This document shows, piece after piece, positions 19,341 through 29,635 of a stretch of 64,000 nt of DNA. A program made the position numbers and the translations under genes. Location: contig CAWELO010000014.1 of NCBI GenBank assembly GCA_963809845.1, forward strand, positions 157,307 to 221,306, written 5' to 3'. The DNA comes from an uncultured Verrucomicrobiae bacterium. Lineage in GTDB: Bacteria; Verrucomicrobiota; Verrucomicrobiia; Limisphaerales; UBA8199. Under the pieces are notes generated by a model that saw nothing but the letters and a program-made list of their open reading frames with translations, searched no databases and was not told the origin of the DNA. Numbering within the stretch: position 1 is the first letter of the stretch; each line of letters opens with the position of its first letter.

Positions 19341-20492
19341 ATGAACGTTAAGAACCACGGACGCATCCAGCATTACCGGACGGTTTGGTTCGACGCCGCC
19401 CGCAACGAGGTCCTGCTCATCGAGCAACGCCTGCTCCCGCATGTCTTCCGGGTGGTGCGCACCCGTGATTTTCGAGAGACCGCCGCGGCGATCCGCGACA
19501 TGGTCGTCCGTGGCGCCGGCGCCATTGGGGCCACGGCGGCTTATGGGTTTGCGCAGGGGGTGCGGGCGTTCCGTGGCGGCAACCTCGAGCGATTTCGTCG
19601 GCACGCCGAAGCGGTTTGCCAGACTTTGACGCGCGCTCGCCCCACCGCCGTCGATCCGGTCAACGCGATGCTTCAAGTGCGCCAGGCGATGCAGGCCGGC
19701 GAGACCGTCGGAGAGCGGCAGGCATTGGCCCTGGCGGCGGCGGAGGAATTCGCCAACGAGGATGTCCGCCATTGCGCGGCCATCGGCCGGCAGGGAGCCA
19801 GGTTGATTCGCAACGGGTTGAATGTGCTCACTCATTGCAATGCCGGCTGGCTGGCGTTCGTGGATATTGGCAGCGCCACCGCGCCGATTTATGAGGCCCA
19901 GGCGCGCGGGCGCCGGTTCCATGTGTTTTGCGACGAGACCCGGCCGCGGTCTCAGGGTGCCACGCTCACGGCATGGGAACTGGCGCAACAAAAGGTTTCC
20001 CATCAGATCATCGCCGACAACGCCGCCGGCCACCTCATGCAGCGAGGCAAGATTGATCTGGTGATTGTGGGCAGCGACCGCACCTTGGGGCGGACTGGAG
20101 AGGTGGCCAACAAAATCGGCACCTATACCAAGGCCGTGCTGGCGCGCCGCCATGGCATTCCGTTTTACGTGGCCATCCCGCTCTCGACCATCGACTGGCA
20201 GCTAAAATCCGGCTTCCAAATTCCAATCGAAGAGCGGCACGAAGGGGAAGTCCTCGGAGCCTGGGGCGTGGTCGCCCACCCGCATTCCAAGACCCGTCAC
20301 CCCAAGGTTGCCCGACGGGTCTATGTGCGCGTCGCTAACCCGGACAGCACGGCTCTGAATCCCGGATTCGACGTCACGCCCGCGGAGTTGATCACCGGCA
20401 TCATCACTCCCGCCGGCATTTTCAAGCCGGGTGAGTTGTGGGCGAACCGGGAACGATTGGGTGCACCGGCGAGTGCGAATCCGCGGCGCTGA
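19341..20492 (+). CDS. mtnA: S-methyl-5-thioribose-1-phosphate isomerase (eIF-2B alpha/beta/delta-like family)
   Basis: RGAGAIGATAAYG, THCNAGWLA, FCDETRPRSQGA.LTAWEL, VIVGSDRTLGRTGEVANKIGTY and NPGFDVTPAELITGIITPAGI. An upstream GTG at 19320 is an alternative start. Confidence 0.85.
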   Translation: MNVKNHGRIQHYRTVWFDAARNEVLLIEQRLLPHVFRVVRTRDFRETAAAIRDMVVRGAGAIGATAAYGFAQGVRAFRGGNLERFRRHAEAVCQTLTRARPTAVDPVNAMLQVRQAMQAGETVGERQALALAAAEEFANEDVRHCAAIGRQGARLIRNGLNVLTHCNAGWLAFVDIGSATAPIYEAQARGRRFHVFCDETRPRSQGATLTAWELAQQKVSHQIIADNAAGHLMQRGKIDLVIVGSDRTLGRTGEVANKIGTYTKAVLARRHGIPFYVAIPLSTIDWQLKSGFQIPIEERHEGEVLGAWGVVAHPHSKTRHPKVARRVYVRVANPDSTALNPGFDVTPAELITGIITPAGIFKPGELWANRERLGAPASANPRR

Positions 20493-20603
20493 TGGCGACC
20501 GTCGAGTTTCTGGAAAGGCATCTGCCACCCTTGCCGTCGTTTAGTCCCCGATCTTCGATCATTCCACAGCGCCCAGGCGGTCTGAAGCCCCGCAGTATTG
20601 GAG

Positions 20604-21723
20604 TTAGCCCTTCCGCATCAGGAACAGAAACTCTTTGTTCTTCTCGCGCGCATCATTGACCCACTCGTTGGTCCAGCGCATCTCCGCCATGACATTCCGC
20701 TGGTAATCGATCTCGATCACTTCGAGCAACTCGCCGACCGATGCAATCGCGGCGTTTAGTTCCTGAGCGGTAGCCCGCCCGCCGGAGCTGTAGGAGAGGA
20801 GGATGTGCTTTGCCCGGGTTTCCCGCAGGAGGCGCTCAATGGCTTCAACGACGACAAATCGCCCGGCGGGGCTGCGGCGAAAGTCCTCGAAAGGCGAATA
20901 GGCGACGCGGTCAGAGCTGTCTTCTCTGCGGTTGGCTTTGCCAAACACCCCCGGACGGTCGTTGAGGCAAATGGAAGTCCACAGATGGTAGTACGCGGCG
21001 TAGCGGACGCGCGAAGGCGGCATCTTCTCGTTGTTCGAGCCGTACGGCGGGTCAAAGTAGGCCAAATCCACGTCCACCGTCGGAACGAGGTCGAAGATGT
21101 CCCCTTGGTGAACACTATGCCGTCCCACGCTCTGGAAAAGCCGGGGGACTTTCAAATGGATTTTGCGGTACGAGCGATCCGACCAGGCGCCCAGGTAGGA
21201 GGCAAAGTGCCCGAGCGTGCTGTCCACCACATCCATCGCGAGGATCAGGCTGGTGAGCAAAACCGCCCGCTCAAGCGGGGCGAGGGGCAGGCGGTCAATC
21301 GCTTCGCGGATGGCGTCGAGTTTGCGGGTATTGTGGGTTTGCCAGGGCCGTTTGACCGCGCCGCCGCCGGCAGCCTCCGCGCCGTAATGCTCGGTAAACC
21401 AACCGTCTGTTCCGGGGAGGGCGTTGAGGTGATCCACGAGCGGCTGATAGTGCTCGGGCGGGTGCGGGTTTAGGAGGTAGCAGGTCCCGAAGATTTTTGA
21501 CCACATGGCTAGGTCGTTCGCGACGACGGAGATACCCCGATTGTGCCAGCGCCTGGGAGACGCGGGTGCTTCCCGAGAAGCCGTCGAGCACCGTTTTGGG
21601 ATTGACCCGGTGCACGAGCCGGAGGAGGTGCGGGAGCAGCTTGAGCTTCGAGCCAATGTATTTGACGCCTTCCGTTGGCGGCGCGCCAACGACGGGTATT
21701 CGCGGTTTCGTTGTGGCGTTCAT
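20604..21723 (-). pseudogene. D12-class N6-adenine DNA methyltransferase, one frameshift at ~21535 (GGGG run)
   Basis: The N-terminal frame gives MNATTKPRIPVVGAPPTEGVKYIGSKLKLLPHLLRLV...LDGFSGSTRVSQALAQSG. The protein continues in ORF 20604-21689 as ISVVANDLAMWS...DLAYFDPPYGSNN (DPPY motif IV)...ILLSYS. Confidence 0.75.
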
Positions 21724-22054
21724 TCGGTTGCGGACCGGCGGGCTCACGCCCTGGTCGCCAGCGAGGAGACAGCCTGCGTCCGAGCCGGGCGGCTTGCACT
21801 AAGAAAATTGGCGTGCTGCCGCCTGGCCGCCTGGCCCGAAGCGCCACGTTGTTCAACCACCTGGTGGCTGGGCGGAGGCGAGCCGCCCGCCGCCCGGGTT
21901 CGATCCAGGCGGAATCATCCACTCGATTAGGCGAAGTTCAATCTAACGTGGGCGGATTGAATCCTCGCGCGCGGCGGGATAAACTAAACTGAACAGGCGA
22001 GTGGGTCATGAAACATGGAACGGTCGCGCGATCCAAACTGGAAAGGGTAGGAAT

Positions 22055-22774
22055 ATGTCGCCGCAAATAGGGCTGGAGAGCTGCTTGAGCTTCATCAACT
22101 GTCACCTGCAATCGCCCCGGGGGCCGGGGAGCGATCATCCGGCGCCACCGGCGCGGCGGGTCGTGACGATTTCCCGCCAGACCGGCTCGGGCGGTCATAA
22201 CGTGGCTCAACGGTTGCTTGGCCTGCTTCAGTCGCCCTGGGCCAGCGGGCTCTGCCCGTGGGCGGTGTTCGACCGGGACCTGGTCGAGAAGGTTTTGCGG
22301 GACCACAACCTGCCCAAGCGCCTGGCCCGGTTCATGCCGGAGGATCGGATCCTCGAGATCTCCGATACCATGGACGAATTATTCGGCCTGCACCCCTCTT
22401 CCTGGACGCTGGTTCATAAGACGGCCGATACGATCCTGCGCTTGGCCGAGCTGGGCCATGTCATCCTCATCGGCCGGGGAGCGAACGTGATCACGCGGAA
22501 GCTGGATTACGCCTTCCATGTCCGGCTGGTTGGGGCATTCGAAACACGGGTCCGGTACATCCAGGAGATGAACCAATCGACCGATGCGGCTGCGCGGGAG
22601 CTGGTTCGGCACGAGGACCTGGGGCGCGCGCGCTATTTAAAGAAGTACTTTGACGAGGACATTGAGAACCCGCTTCTCTATCACCTGGTAATCAACACGG
22701 ACCTCGTCCCGCATGAGGAGGCAGCGGAGATGATTGCCCAAGCCGTCATGGGCAAGCTGAACGTGCCGGCCTGA
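22055..22774 (+). CDS. Cytidylate kinase-like family protein
   Basis: VVTISRQTGSGGHNVAQRL is the glycine-rich N-terminal signature of the cytidylate-kinase-like family. The start is uncertain (22001, or 22055 at MSPQIG). Confidence 0.55.
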   Translation: MSPQIGLESCLSFINCHLQSPRGPGSDHPAPPARRVVTISRQTGSGGHNVAQRLLGLLQSPWASGLCPWAVFDRDLVEKVLRDHNLPKRLARFMPEDRILEISDTMDELFGLHPSSWTLVHKTADTILRLAELGHVILIGRGANVITRKLDYAFHVRLVGAFETRVRYIQEMNQSTDAAARELVRHEDLGRARYLKKYFDEDIENPLLYHLVINTDLVPHEEAAEMIAQAVMGKLNVPA

Positions 22775-22805
22775 AGGGCGAGCGAAATCCGGCGGCCCGC
22801 AATGG

Positions 22806-23252
22806 CTACGCGGGCACCAGCGTGAACGCGGGCGTATGCCGGTGGTGCGACCAATGCGCCTCGGGGCGGTAGCTGCCCACCACGGACGGGCGCTCTCGGG
22901 CCAGGCGTTCGATTTCGACAATCTGCACGGTGGTGAGACCTTTGAAATAGTCATCCCACCAATTAAACCAGCGCCAGAAAAAGGGCGAGAACTGGCCGTA
23001 ATCCATCACGGGCAGGACAATGTCGAACCGTTCGGTGGCCGACACCGCTTCGTTGAAGTGGCCCAGCAGCGAGTTGGATTTGTCGAGAAAGGCCGCCCGG
23101 TCAATTTCGGCGTTCTTGAACGCGCGCTCCAACGCGCGCAGTTGATTGACGATGACCAGGCAATGAATGAAGACGGAGACTTCCGGGGCGCGCACCAGGA
23201 TCTCCTGGTCCCGCTCGATTCCCAAGCCTGATTTGACGGTCGTTTTAGGCAT
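22806..23252 (-). CDS. Hypothetical protein
   Basis: ORF with good coding look, starting at MPKTTVKSGLGIERDQEIL. I recognise no motif. Confidence 0.45.
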   Translation of the reverse strand: MPKTTVKSGLGIERDQEILVRAPEVSVFIHCLVIVNQLRALERAFKNAEIDRAAFLDKSNSLLGHFNEAVSATERFDIVLPVMDYGQFSPFFWRWFNWWDDYFKGLTTVQIVEIERLARERPSVVGSYRPEAHWSHHRHTPAFTLVPA

Positions 23253-23320
23253 CTTGCTGCGAGCTAGGTAATTCCTCGCAGAAGCCGGACCGGTTTGCCA
23301 TGCCAATGAGTACGGATGGA

Positions 23321-25072
23321 TCATCGTGCCAAAAACGGATACGCCGCGCTGTCGTGGGTCAGCTTGCTCCACAGCCGCTCGAGAACATCCCCACAGGGCG
23401 GCGGGGCGGCGCCCGCATAAGCCACCTGGGCGTAAAGGCGGCCAACTTGCCCAACTTCAGGATCGCAATCCGGAAACTGTTCACCAACCCGGCAGGCAAA
23501 CTCGAAGGGCGTCTGCTCGGGCTGCCGGCCACAGCCGCATCCCTCCGCCCAAGCCTCGAGGGCTTCAAAGGTGTAGATGATGAGGTCCCGAGCCGGCATC
23601 GCTGAAGCCTGCCCGGAGCTGAAAGGGTTGGAGAAGGCGGCGAACGGGCGGGGAGCGGACCGCCGGGGAACAGGCACGGACTGAACGGACGCGCTTGGCT
23701 TGGAAGCGAACAGGCCGTGCCAAAAATCCTGCAAAGCGCGCCAAAGCGTTTGGATGAGCACTGCCAGGTGATGCCGGTTCTTGATCAACAGGAAGAGCAG
23801 CAGCGCCAGCAAAACAGCGTAAGCAGCGGACTTGGGCCAATTCAGGGTGAGCCGGCTTGCCGGCGCGGGACTTGGGCGCGGCTGAACGGCCTGCCCGCCA
23901 GGACCCGAAACCCTGCCGCCACTCACACTTGGGTTTCCGCTCGGGTGGTTCTCCCCCCCTCCGGTCCGCCCGGCGGCGGGTTTTTCGCCGGCCGTATCGT
24001 CCCGGGATGTCGCCACCTGCCGTGCCCGGTCGTCGGGGGTGGCGCCTGGCTGTTCGCCGGCGGTTTCTGATTGGGGATTCGCCTTTTCCGCGAAGTAGGA
24101 ATTGGTGGACTCCCGCGTGGATCGAGAGCGTGGATCGCCGAACCGGTCCATCAGGGAGCCAAACGACCAGGTGGCATTGGGACGTGGCAACAGGATGCAG
24201 GTCACCAATATGGCCAGACCCAAGGTCGAGCCCAGGCTGATCCAAGCCGCCGAGACGGCTGGTGGCATGACCAGTTGGCGCTGCCGCAGGTAACGGCGCA
24301 GGCCCAGGAAGCTGGTCAGCAGCAGCAGGCCCAGGGCCGAGGCGAGGTAAACGACAACGAAAAGAAAGGCGCGCGCTCGCGCGGCCGGATCGGAGGAGGG
24401 GAGGAGACTCTGGCCAAGGCCAAAGATGGGGAGCGCCGCGAGTGAGAAATAGATCACCCACAGGCCGGGGGCGTGCGGTTCGGTGGCGGCTTTGGGTTTG
24501 GGGCGGTAGAGCAGCTTCCACCAAGGCGGCTTGGCGGACGCGGACCTGGCGTGGCCGTCCGGGTTTGTGGGAGCGGTGCCATCCGGGGTGTCCCCGGCCG
24601 GAACGGCTGAAGCGGCGCGGGGAATATCCAGTTTGGCCGCTTGCAGCAGCCCCTCACCCGAGGCGTCCGCTTCCTCATCGATGACCGTGCAGTCCCAGGT
24701 CAGTTTGTTCGTGGCCCACCAGATCAGACCGAGGATGCACCAGGCGCCGAGGTAGTTGTCGATGTATTGCGTGAGGACAAAGGCCGTGGCGGCAGCCAAC
24801 CCGAGGCCGTAAATGCCGGCGTGGTCGTAGCCCTTTTCGATGGCGATGCGCGACACCAGGACCATGGCCAGCACGAACCAGAAGAGCGTCCAGCGCAGTT
24901 TCGCCAGGTGCGACCCGGCATAGCCGATTTCGATGAGAAAGAACACGAACGTGCCGACCACCAGCATGATGAGGATCGGGCAGACCGCGATGGCCGCGTA
25001 ATCGGCCAGCGTTTTGGCCGGTCGGAAACGAGGCAACGGCTGCAGAAAACTCCTGGGTGCGGGCGGGCTCAT
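23321..25072 (-). CDS. Multi-pass membrane protein with a C-terminal DUF4129-like domain (third gene of the MoxR operon)
   Basis: The second Met gives an ATGA overlap with the DUF58 stop (25072-25069). It has several TM helices and a long Pro/Gly/Ala-rich linker. The C-terminus is LIIYTFEALEAWAEGCGCGRQPEQTPFEFACRVG...LYAQVAYAG. Confidence 0.7.
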   Translation of the reverse strand: MSPPAPRSFLQPLPRFRPAKTLADYAAIAVCPILIMLVVGTFVFFLIEIGYAGSHLAKLRWTLFWFVLAMVLVSRIAIEKGYDHAGIYGLGLAAATAFVLTQYIDNYLGAWCILGLIWWATNKLTWDCTVIDEEADASGEGLLQAAKLDIPRAASAVPAGDTPDGTAPTNPDGHARSASAKPPWWKLLYRPKPKAATEPHAPGLWVIYFSLAALPIFGLGQSLLPSSDPAARARAFLFVVVYLASALGLLLLTSFLGLRRYLRQRQLVMPPAVSAAWISLGSTLGLAILVTCILLPRPNATWSFGSLMDRFGDPRSRSTRESTNSYFAEKANPQSETAGEQPGATPDDRARQVATSRDDTAGEKPAAGRTGGGENHPSGNPSVSGGRVSGPGGQAVQPRPSPAPASRLTLNWPKSAAYAVLLALLLFLLIKNRHHLAVLIQTLWRALQDFWHGLFASKPSASVQSVPVPRRSAPRPFAAFSNPFSSGQASAMPARDLIIYTFEALEAWAEGCGCGRQPEQTPFEFACRVGEQFPDCDPEVGQVGRLYAQVAYAGAAPPPCGDVLERLWSKLTHDSAAYPFLAR

Positions 25073-26394
25073 CGCAGGATGCGTTCGGCGCAAAGCTGAG
25101 ACAGGGAGGCCTCATCATCGATCCGGCGGAAATCAATGCCCTGAGCGACCAGCCGATGCGCCCAATCGGGCGGTTGCGCCCAGTCGTAATACTCGGTTTC
25201 GCCAAAAAGGACCAGGACCGCGGTGACCGCGTAACCGCTGCGCTTTAAATTCCCCAGCGCCAGGGCGGACTCCTCGGTCACTTCCGTCAGAATGGCGATC
25301 ACCGTCGCGTCGCGCGTCAGCCGGCTGGCGGTTTCAGTGACCAGTTGGGAAAAGTCGAAGCCGTCGGTAAGTTCGAGCCGGGCCAGCGTTTCAAGGATCC
25401 GCTCCAATTGAGCGACGCCGCGCCGGGTCTCGACCCGGATCGGTTCGAGGCGCTCGGAGGCGTTCACCGTTTGTGCTTTGGCCTTGGCTGTGGTTCGTGT
25501 CCGAAATTCCTCCTGCCACCCCTCATACCGGATGCGCTCGGCGGCATCCCGGCCGTTGGTGATGAGCCCGACCTGCTCGCCCATCTGGTACACCGCATTG
25601 GCCAGCGAAGCGGCGGCCGTCACGGCCAGTTCCGCGCGGTAGTGGGGGTTGCGCAGCTTGAGCATGGCGGCGTGGAAATCGAGGAGAATCGTGGCGCCGG
25701 CGACGCATGAGGGGTCGTACACCTTGCTGTGGAGCTGCCCGGTTCGCGCGGTGGCCGGCCAGTGGAGCCGATTGAAGGGGTCGCCGAGCTGATAGGGGCG
25801 CACCCCCGCAATCCGGGTCGGGTCCTCGAAGAGCCGATGCGAAATGCGCACCTCGCCAATGGGGCGGCGCGAGGCGATATCGTAGCCTTCGAGCGGAACG
25901 ACTTTCGGATAGACCAGCACGCAGTGCGGCGCGGTGACCACGCGGTAGCGGCGGTGCAGCCCGAACAGATCACCGCTTTCCAGCAGCAGCGGACCCAGTT
26001 GATAATAGCCGCGCATGAGGAATTGCACCTGGTAGGTGAATGATTTTTCCACGCCGGGCGGCATTTGGGTCAGGAACAAGGTATGGCCTTCGAGCTTGAG
26101 CCGCGGCGGATGCTGGCGCAGGGCTTCGCCCGGCACCGAATCTTCCATCAGCAGCCAGGGCACCTTCAGGCCGCCCGAGTTTCGCACGGTGACGGTTACC
26201 TGGGCGGATTCCCCGATTTGAGCGGACTCCTTGTCCGCTTCGCGTGAAGCGGAGAGGTGGCCGGTCCAGGCCCAGGCCAGGTAGCGGCTGACCAGCAGCA
26301 CGCCCAGCAGGGTGTACATGGCATAGACCAGCAGGCCGAGCTTGAACACCAGGCCCAGGATCAGGAGCACGGTTGTTCCGAGGACCCATTTCAT
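25069..26394 (-). CDS. DUF58 domain protein (vWA-like partner of MoxR)
   Basis: 441 aa with two N-terminal TM helices. Motifs are GDPFNRLHWPATARTGQLHSKVYD and LLDFH. Its ATG overlaps the MoxR stop as ATGA (26394-26391). Confidence 0.8.
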   Translation of the reverse strand: MKWVLGTTVLLILGLVFKLGLLVYAMYTLLGVLLVSRYLAWAWTGHLSASREADKESAQIGESAQVTVTVRNSGGLKVPWLLMEDSVPGEALRQHPPRLKLEGHTLFLTQMPPGVEKSFTYQVQFLMRGYYQLGPLLLESGDLFGLHRRYRVVTAPHCVLVYPKVVPLEGYDIASRRPIGEVRISHRLFEDPTRIAGVRPYQLGDPFNRLHWPATARTGQLHSKVYDPSCVAGATILLDFHAAMLKLRNPHYRAELAVTAAASLANAVYQMGEQVGLITNGRDAAERIRYEGWQEEFRTRTTAKAKAQTVNASERLEPIRVETRRGVAQLERILETLARLELTDGFDFSQLVTETASRLTRDATVIAILTEVTEESALALGNLKRSGYAVTAVLVLFGETEYYDWAQPPDWAHRLVAQGIDFRRIDDEASLSQLCAERILR

Positions 26395-27527
26395 GCCTTG
26401 ACGATGCTGTCCGGCACCAACGGCACTTCCACCTTGTTGAGGATTTCATCCGCCACCGTGGTGGCGGTCATCTTGCGCAGGCGATTTTCCGGCCGGAGAA
26501 TGAGCCGGTGATCCAGCACCGCGTGGGCCAGTTGCTTGACGTCGTCGGGCAGGACGAAATCAAAGCCGTTGATCGCCGCCAGCGCCTGGGCGGTGTGGAA
26601 CAGGGCCAGTGAGGCGCGCGGACTTCCGCCCAGGCTGACGGCCGAATGCTCGCGCGTGGCGCGCACGATCTGCAAAATGTATTCGCGAACTTTTACATCG
26701 ACATGGATTGCACGCACAGCTTGCTGGCACGCCAACACCTCCTCCGCGGATACCACCGCTTCGAGCGTGTCGATGGGATGCTCGCTCTGCAAGCGTTCGA
26801 GCATCGTGTGTTCCGCTAGCAGGCTGGGATAGCCCAGGCGCATCCGCATCAGGAACCGGTCCAACTGGGCTTCCGGCAGCGAAAATGTTCCCTCATGATC
26901 CACCGGGTTTTGCGTGGCCATGACGAAGAACGGACGGTGCAGCGGGTAGATCGTGCCATCGACGGTCACCTGCCGTTCCGACATGGCTTCGAGCAGGGCG
27001 GATTGAGTGCGCGGGGTGGTGCGGTTGATCTCATCGGCCAGGACGACCTCGGCGAACAGGGGCCCGCGGCGGAACTCAAACTCCGTGGTTTTTGGGTTGA
27101 AGATCGAGGCCCCCGTGATGTCGTTGGGCAGCAGGTCCGGCGTGCATTGGATACGCTTGAAGGAGCAGCCGACGCTCTGGGCGATCGCCCGCGCCAGCAT
27201 GGTCTTGGCCACACCCGGCACGTCTTCCAACAATAGATGGCCCTCGGAGAAGAACGCGACCAGCGCCAGAACGATCTCGTCGTGCTTGCCGATGACCACT
27301 TGCTCGACGTTGTCGAGGATTCTTCGCGCCACTGGCGCGATTCCGGCGTTGCCGGGCTCCTGGTGGCGGGAAATCTGCCGCCGCTGGGGCGGGATGCGGA
27401 TGCGCGTGGGCTCCGAAGCCCTCAGCAGCGTTTGCGCTCCACAGGTCGGGCAGGGGATTTTTTGTCCGGACATTTCGACCGGGAACTCGATATTCTGGGC
27501 ACACTCGGCACAAGCGCACGTAGGCAT
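26391..27527 (-). CDS. MoxR-family AAA+ ATPase with an N-terminal CxxC...CxxC zinc ribbon
   Basis: MPTCACAECAQNIEFPVEMSGQKIPCPTCGAQ is the zinc ribbon. Then come Walker A-region LLLEDVPGVAKT, Walker B VVLADEINR and VMATQNPVDHEGTFSLPEAQLDRF. Confidence 0.9.
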   Translation of the reverse strand: MPTCACAECAQNIEFPVEMSGQKIPCPTCGAQTLLRASEPTRIRIPPQRRQISRHQEPGNAGIAPVARRILDNVEQVVIGKHDEIVLALVAFFSEGHLLLEDVPGVAKTMLARAIAQSVGCSFKRIQCTPDLLPNDITGASIFNPKTTEFEFRRGPLFAEVVLADEINRTTPRTQSALLEAMSERQVTVDGTIYPLHRPFFVMATQNPVDHEGTFSLPEAQLDRFLMRMRLGYPSLLAEHTMLERLQSEHPIDTLEAVVSAEEVLACQQAVRAIHVDVKVREYILQIVRATREHSAVSLGGSPRASLALFHTAQALAAINGFDFVLPDDVKQLAHAVLDHRLILRPENRLRKMTATTVADEILNKVEVPLVPDSIVKA

Positions 27528-27735
27528 AGGTGGTTAGGTTATGGCGGCAAGCATGTTGACACTGTGAGCAGGCGGCGGGCGAAAATCAAACCAGGCGGAG
27601 GACGGCCCGCCCGCCGCGGCAGGCCCTGGCCCTCACAGATCCCTCGTCAGAATGCCGGACGCCGATCTTGGGTTTAGACCGGGCTGGCTGCCCGGTGTCA
27701 CGGACGGGCCCGCGACTCCGTCTGCCCGGTTCGGA

Positions 27736-29139
27736 TCACGGCAGGGTCAGCGCGCGAAAAAAGCCGGGACCCGGAGCCAAAACCGGGAAGCGGATCGAGG
27801 ACGACAGATTGGTGGCCAGCAGCGTGAAATCGTCCAGCCATTGGATTAAATCCCCGCTGCTCTGCAACGCATACCGGCGGTCGGGTTCGGTCAGGAGCTC
27901 AAAGGCCGCGCCTTGAGGAGTCCACCGCGGGTTGCTGAGCCGCGCCGAGGCGGGCGGATCGGCGGGCACGAACTCGAACGATTGAATGATCACCTCGGCT
28001 TCCTGGCCGTTGGACGGCGGGGTGCCGTTATAGAGCCAGAGGTTCAACCGGACGTTTTCATCCCCCGGTTGAGGCGGCGCGAAGGTGTAGGTCCAGCCGG
28101 AGATCACGTTCGTTGGGTCGGGATTAGGCGAAAAATCCCCGCTTTGGCATTGAAAGACGACGCGGTTGCTTTGCCAGTTGAAAAAGTGGGTCGTATTGGT
28201 CCGTTGCGCGGGAACGGCGTAGCGGACGAGGTGACCCGGGCTGCCAAAGGGTTGGACAACGAACTGCGCGTTTCGCAGATCCGCGGCGTTGCTCCAACGC
28301 GAGCATTCAATGTCGATTTCGCGGTGCGTGAACGCGGGATCATCACTCCAAGTGAACAATCCCAGCACCACGTTGGGATCCAGGCGGTTCACGTCCGACA
28401 GGAGATGGAACCGGTAGTAGCCAAATCCGAAGCTGCGCGCCGAAACGATCTCTGCGCATTGCCACTGGTTCGAGCGATAGGTCTGCTTGAGGTGCAGGTA
28501 TCCCGTGTCGTCCACCCACACATTATTGGTGCTGTCGGAGAAATAATTTGGGCCGGGCCCGACCGGGTTCGCGCTGGTTTTAACCCACCAATCATAGCCG
28601 GAGAAGCGCAACCAGCGCGGGCCCGGGTAAGGCCGGGTGACCACGGCGCTGGCTGCCGCCAGTGCGAACGCGTTGGTCAGAAAAGGCTGGCCCTGGACAC
28701 AGTCCGGCGGCGAGTTGGCCGGCACCAGCACGGCGGCAATGCGGGTGGCCAGTGCGTCCGAGCCGCCGGTGGTGATGTCGGTGGCCCAGCTCCCGTCCGG
28801 GTGGATCGGCGTGAGCGGGTTGGCGCAGGTGGGTTTGCTCACCCAGCCATAGCCCGGCACGTAGATGCACACCGCAACGGCGTAGTTGGTGGCCACGACT
28901 CCCGTGACCACGCCACCGAGGTTCTGCGACGTGCCATACACGGGCAGATTGGTAATGACGATTCCCGGGGAGGCCCGGAGCGAACCGGAAACCCCGCACC
29001 AAAGCGCCACACCCAGGAACAGCTCCACCCATCGAGCGGGGCGAACCGCCGCCGCCGCGGGGCTCGGCCTGGGCCATTCCCGCGGCTTGTGCAAATGCCG
29101 TCCGTGGGTGTTAGAAAATGAAAAAAGATACATCGACAC
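27736..29139 (-). CDS. Secreted GH16-like (concanavalin-A-fold) glycoside hydrolase with a C-terminal FYR-type tail
   Basis: It has a signal-like N-terminus and the catalytic-type motif HREIDIECS (ExDxE). The C-terminus is AAFELLTEPDRRYALQSSGDLIQW...GFFRALTLP. Confidence 0.7.
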   Translation of the reverse strand: MSMYLFSFSNTHGRHLHKPREWPRPSPAAAAVRPARWVELFLGVALWCGVSGSLRASPGIVITNLPVYGTSQNLGGVVTGVVATNYAVAVCIYVPGYGWVSKPTCANPLTPIHPDGSWATDITTGGSDALATRIAAVLVPANSPPDCVQGQPFLTNAFALAAASAVVTRPYPGPRWLRFSGYDWWVKTSANPVGPGPNYFSDSTNNVWVDDTGYLHLKQTYRSNQWQCAEIVSARSFGFGYYRFHLLSDVNRLDPNVVLGLFTWSDDPAFTHREIDIECSRWSNAADLRNAQFVVQPFGSPGHLVRYAVPAQRTNTTHFFNWQSNRVVFQCQSGDFSPNPDPTNVISGWTYTFAPPQPGDENVRLNLWLYNGTPPSNGQEAEVIIQSFEFVPADPPASARLSNPRWTPQGAAFELLTEPDRRYALQSSGDLIQWLDDFTLLATNLSSSIRFPVLAPGPGFFRALTLP

Positions 29140-29422
29140 AGTTCAGACGTTTAGATTAAGAATGCAAATGTTATCGTCAAGCAATGTAATGCCTGGCTTC
29201 TATCGTTGCGATCACAGCGACAGCAACACCGATTCGTCCGGCCACGCCTTCATGACCGATAACTGGGCGCCACGCGGCGATTCTACCGGGTCAACACCCT
29301 GTAAGGACCGAGTCGGCACACAGTGGAGGCAGCCGCTTGGCTCCGGTTTTTAATGTGTGGAACGCGAACTCCTGATCCCCGCAAGCCCACCGCTACGGGT
29401 GAATCCGCGGGCTGCGCGCACC

Positions 29423-29518
29423 GCCGTTCAGACCAAAGGCCTGGGTCATACCAGCCCGGGGCAAACCACGCCCCGGGTTCATGGGCCCGAGAGCATAGTC
29501 TGAGCGCTGAAGGCGCGA
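29423..29518. repeat. REP-like triple-hairpin element, subfamily B
   Basis: gaccAAAGGCCTgggtcataccagCCCGGGGcaaaccacGCCCCGGGttcatgg...gagcgctgaaggcgcga. An inverted copy lies at 47337-47430. Confidence 0.7.
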
Positions 29519-29635
29519 CTCGGCCCGGAGCGTCGCGCGGGGGCGCTAAAGACAATCCGCGAAATAGCCCGGCTGAGGGATTGCGGTATAGGCGGTGTGA
29601 TCCCGCCGTGTTTGGATCGAATGTCGGGTGTCTAA

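Noticed and set aside
21880-21925. tRNA-like T-arm sequence (cccgggttcgatccaggcgg)
   Set aside because: The flanking bases do not pair as a 5-bp T stem (ccggg versus caggc). I could not build an acceptor or anticodon arm upstream. It is at most a fragment, so I did not call a tRNA or an att site.
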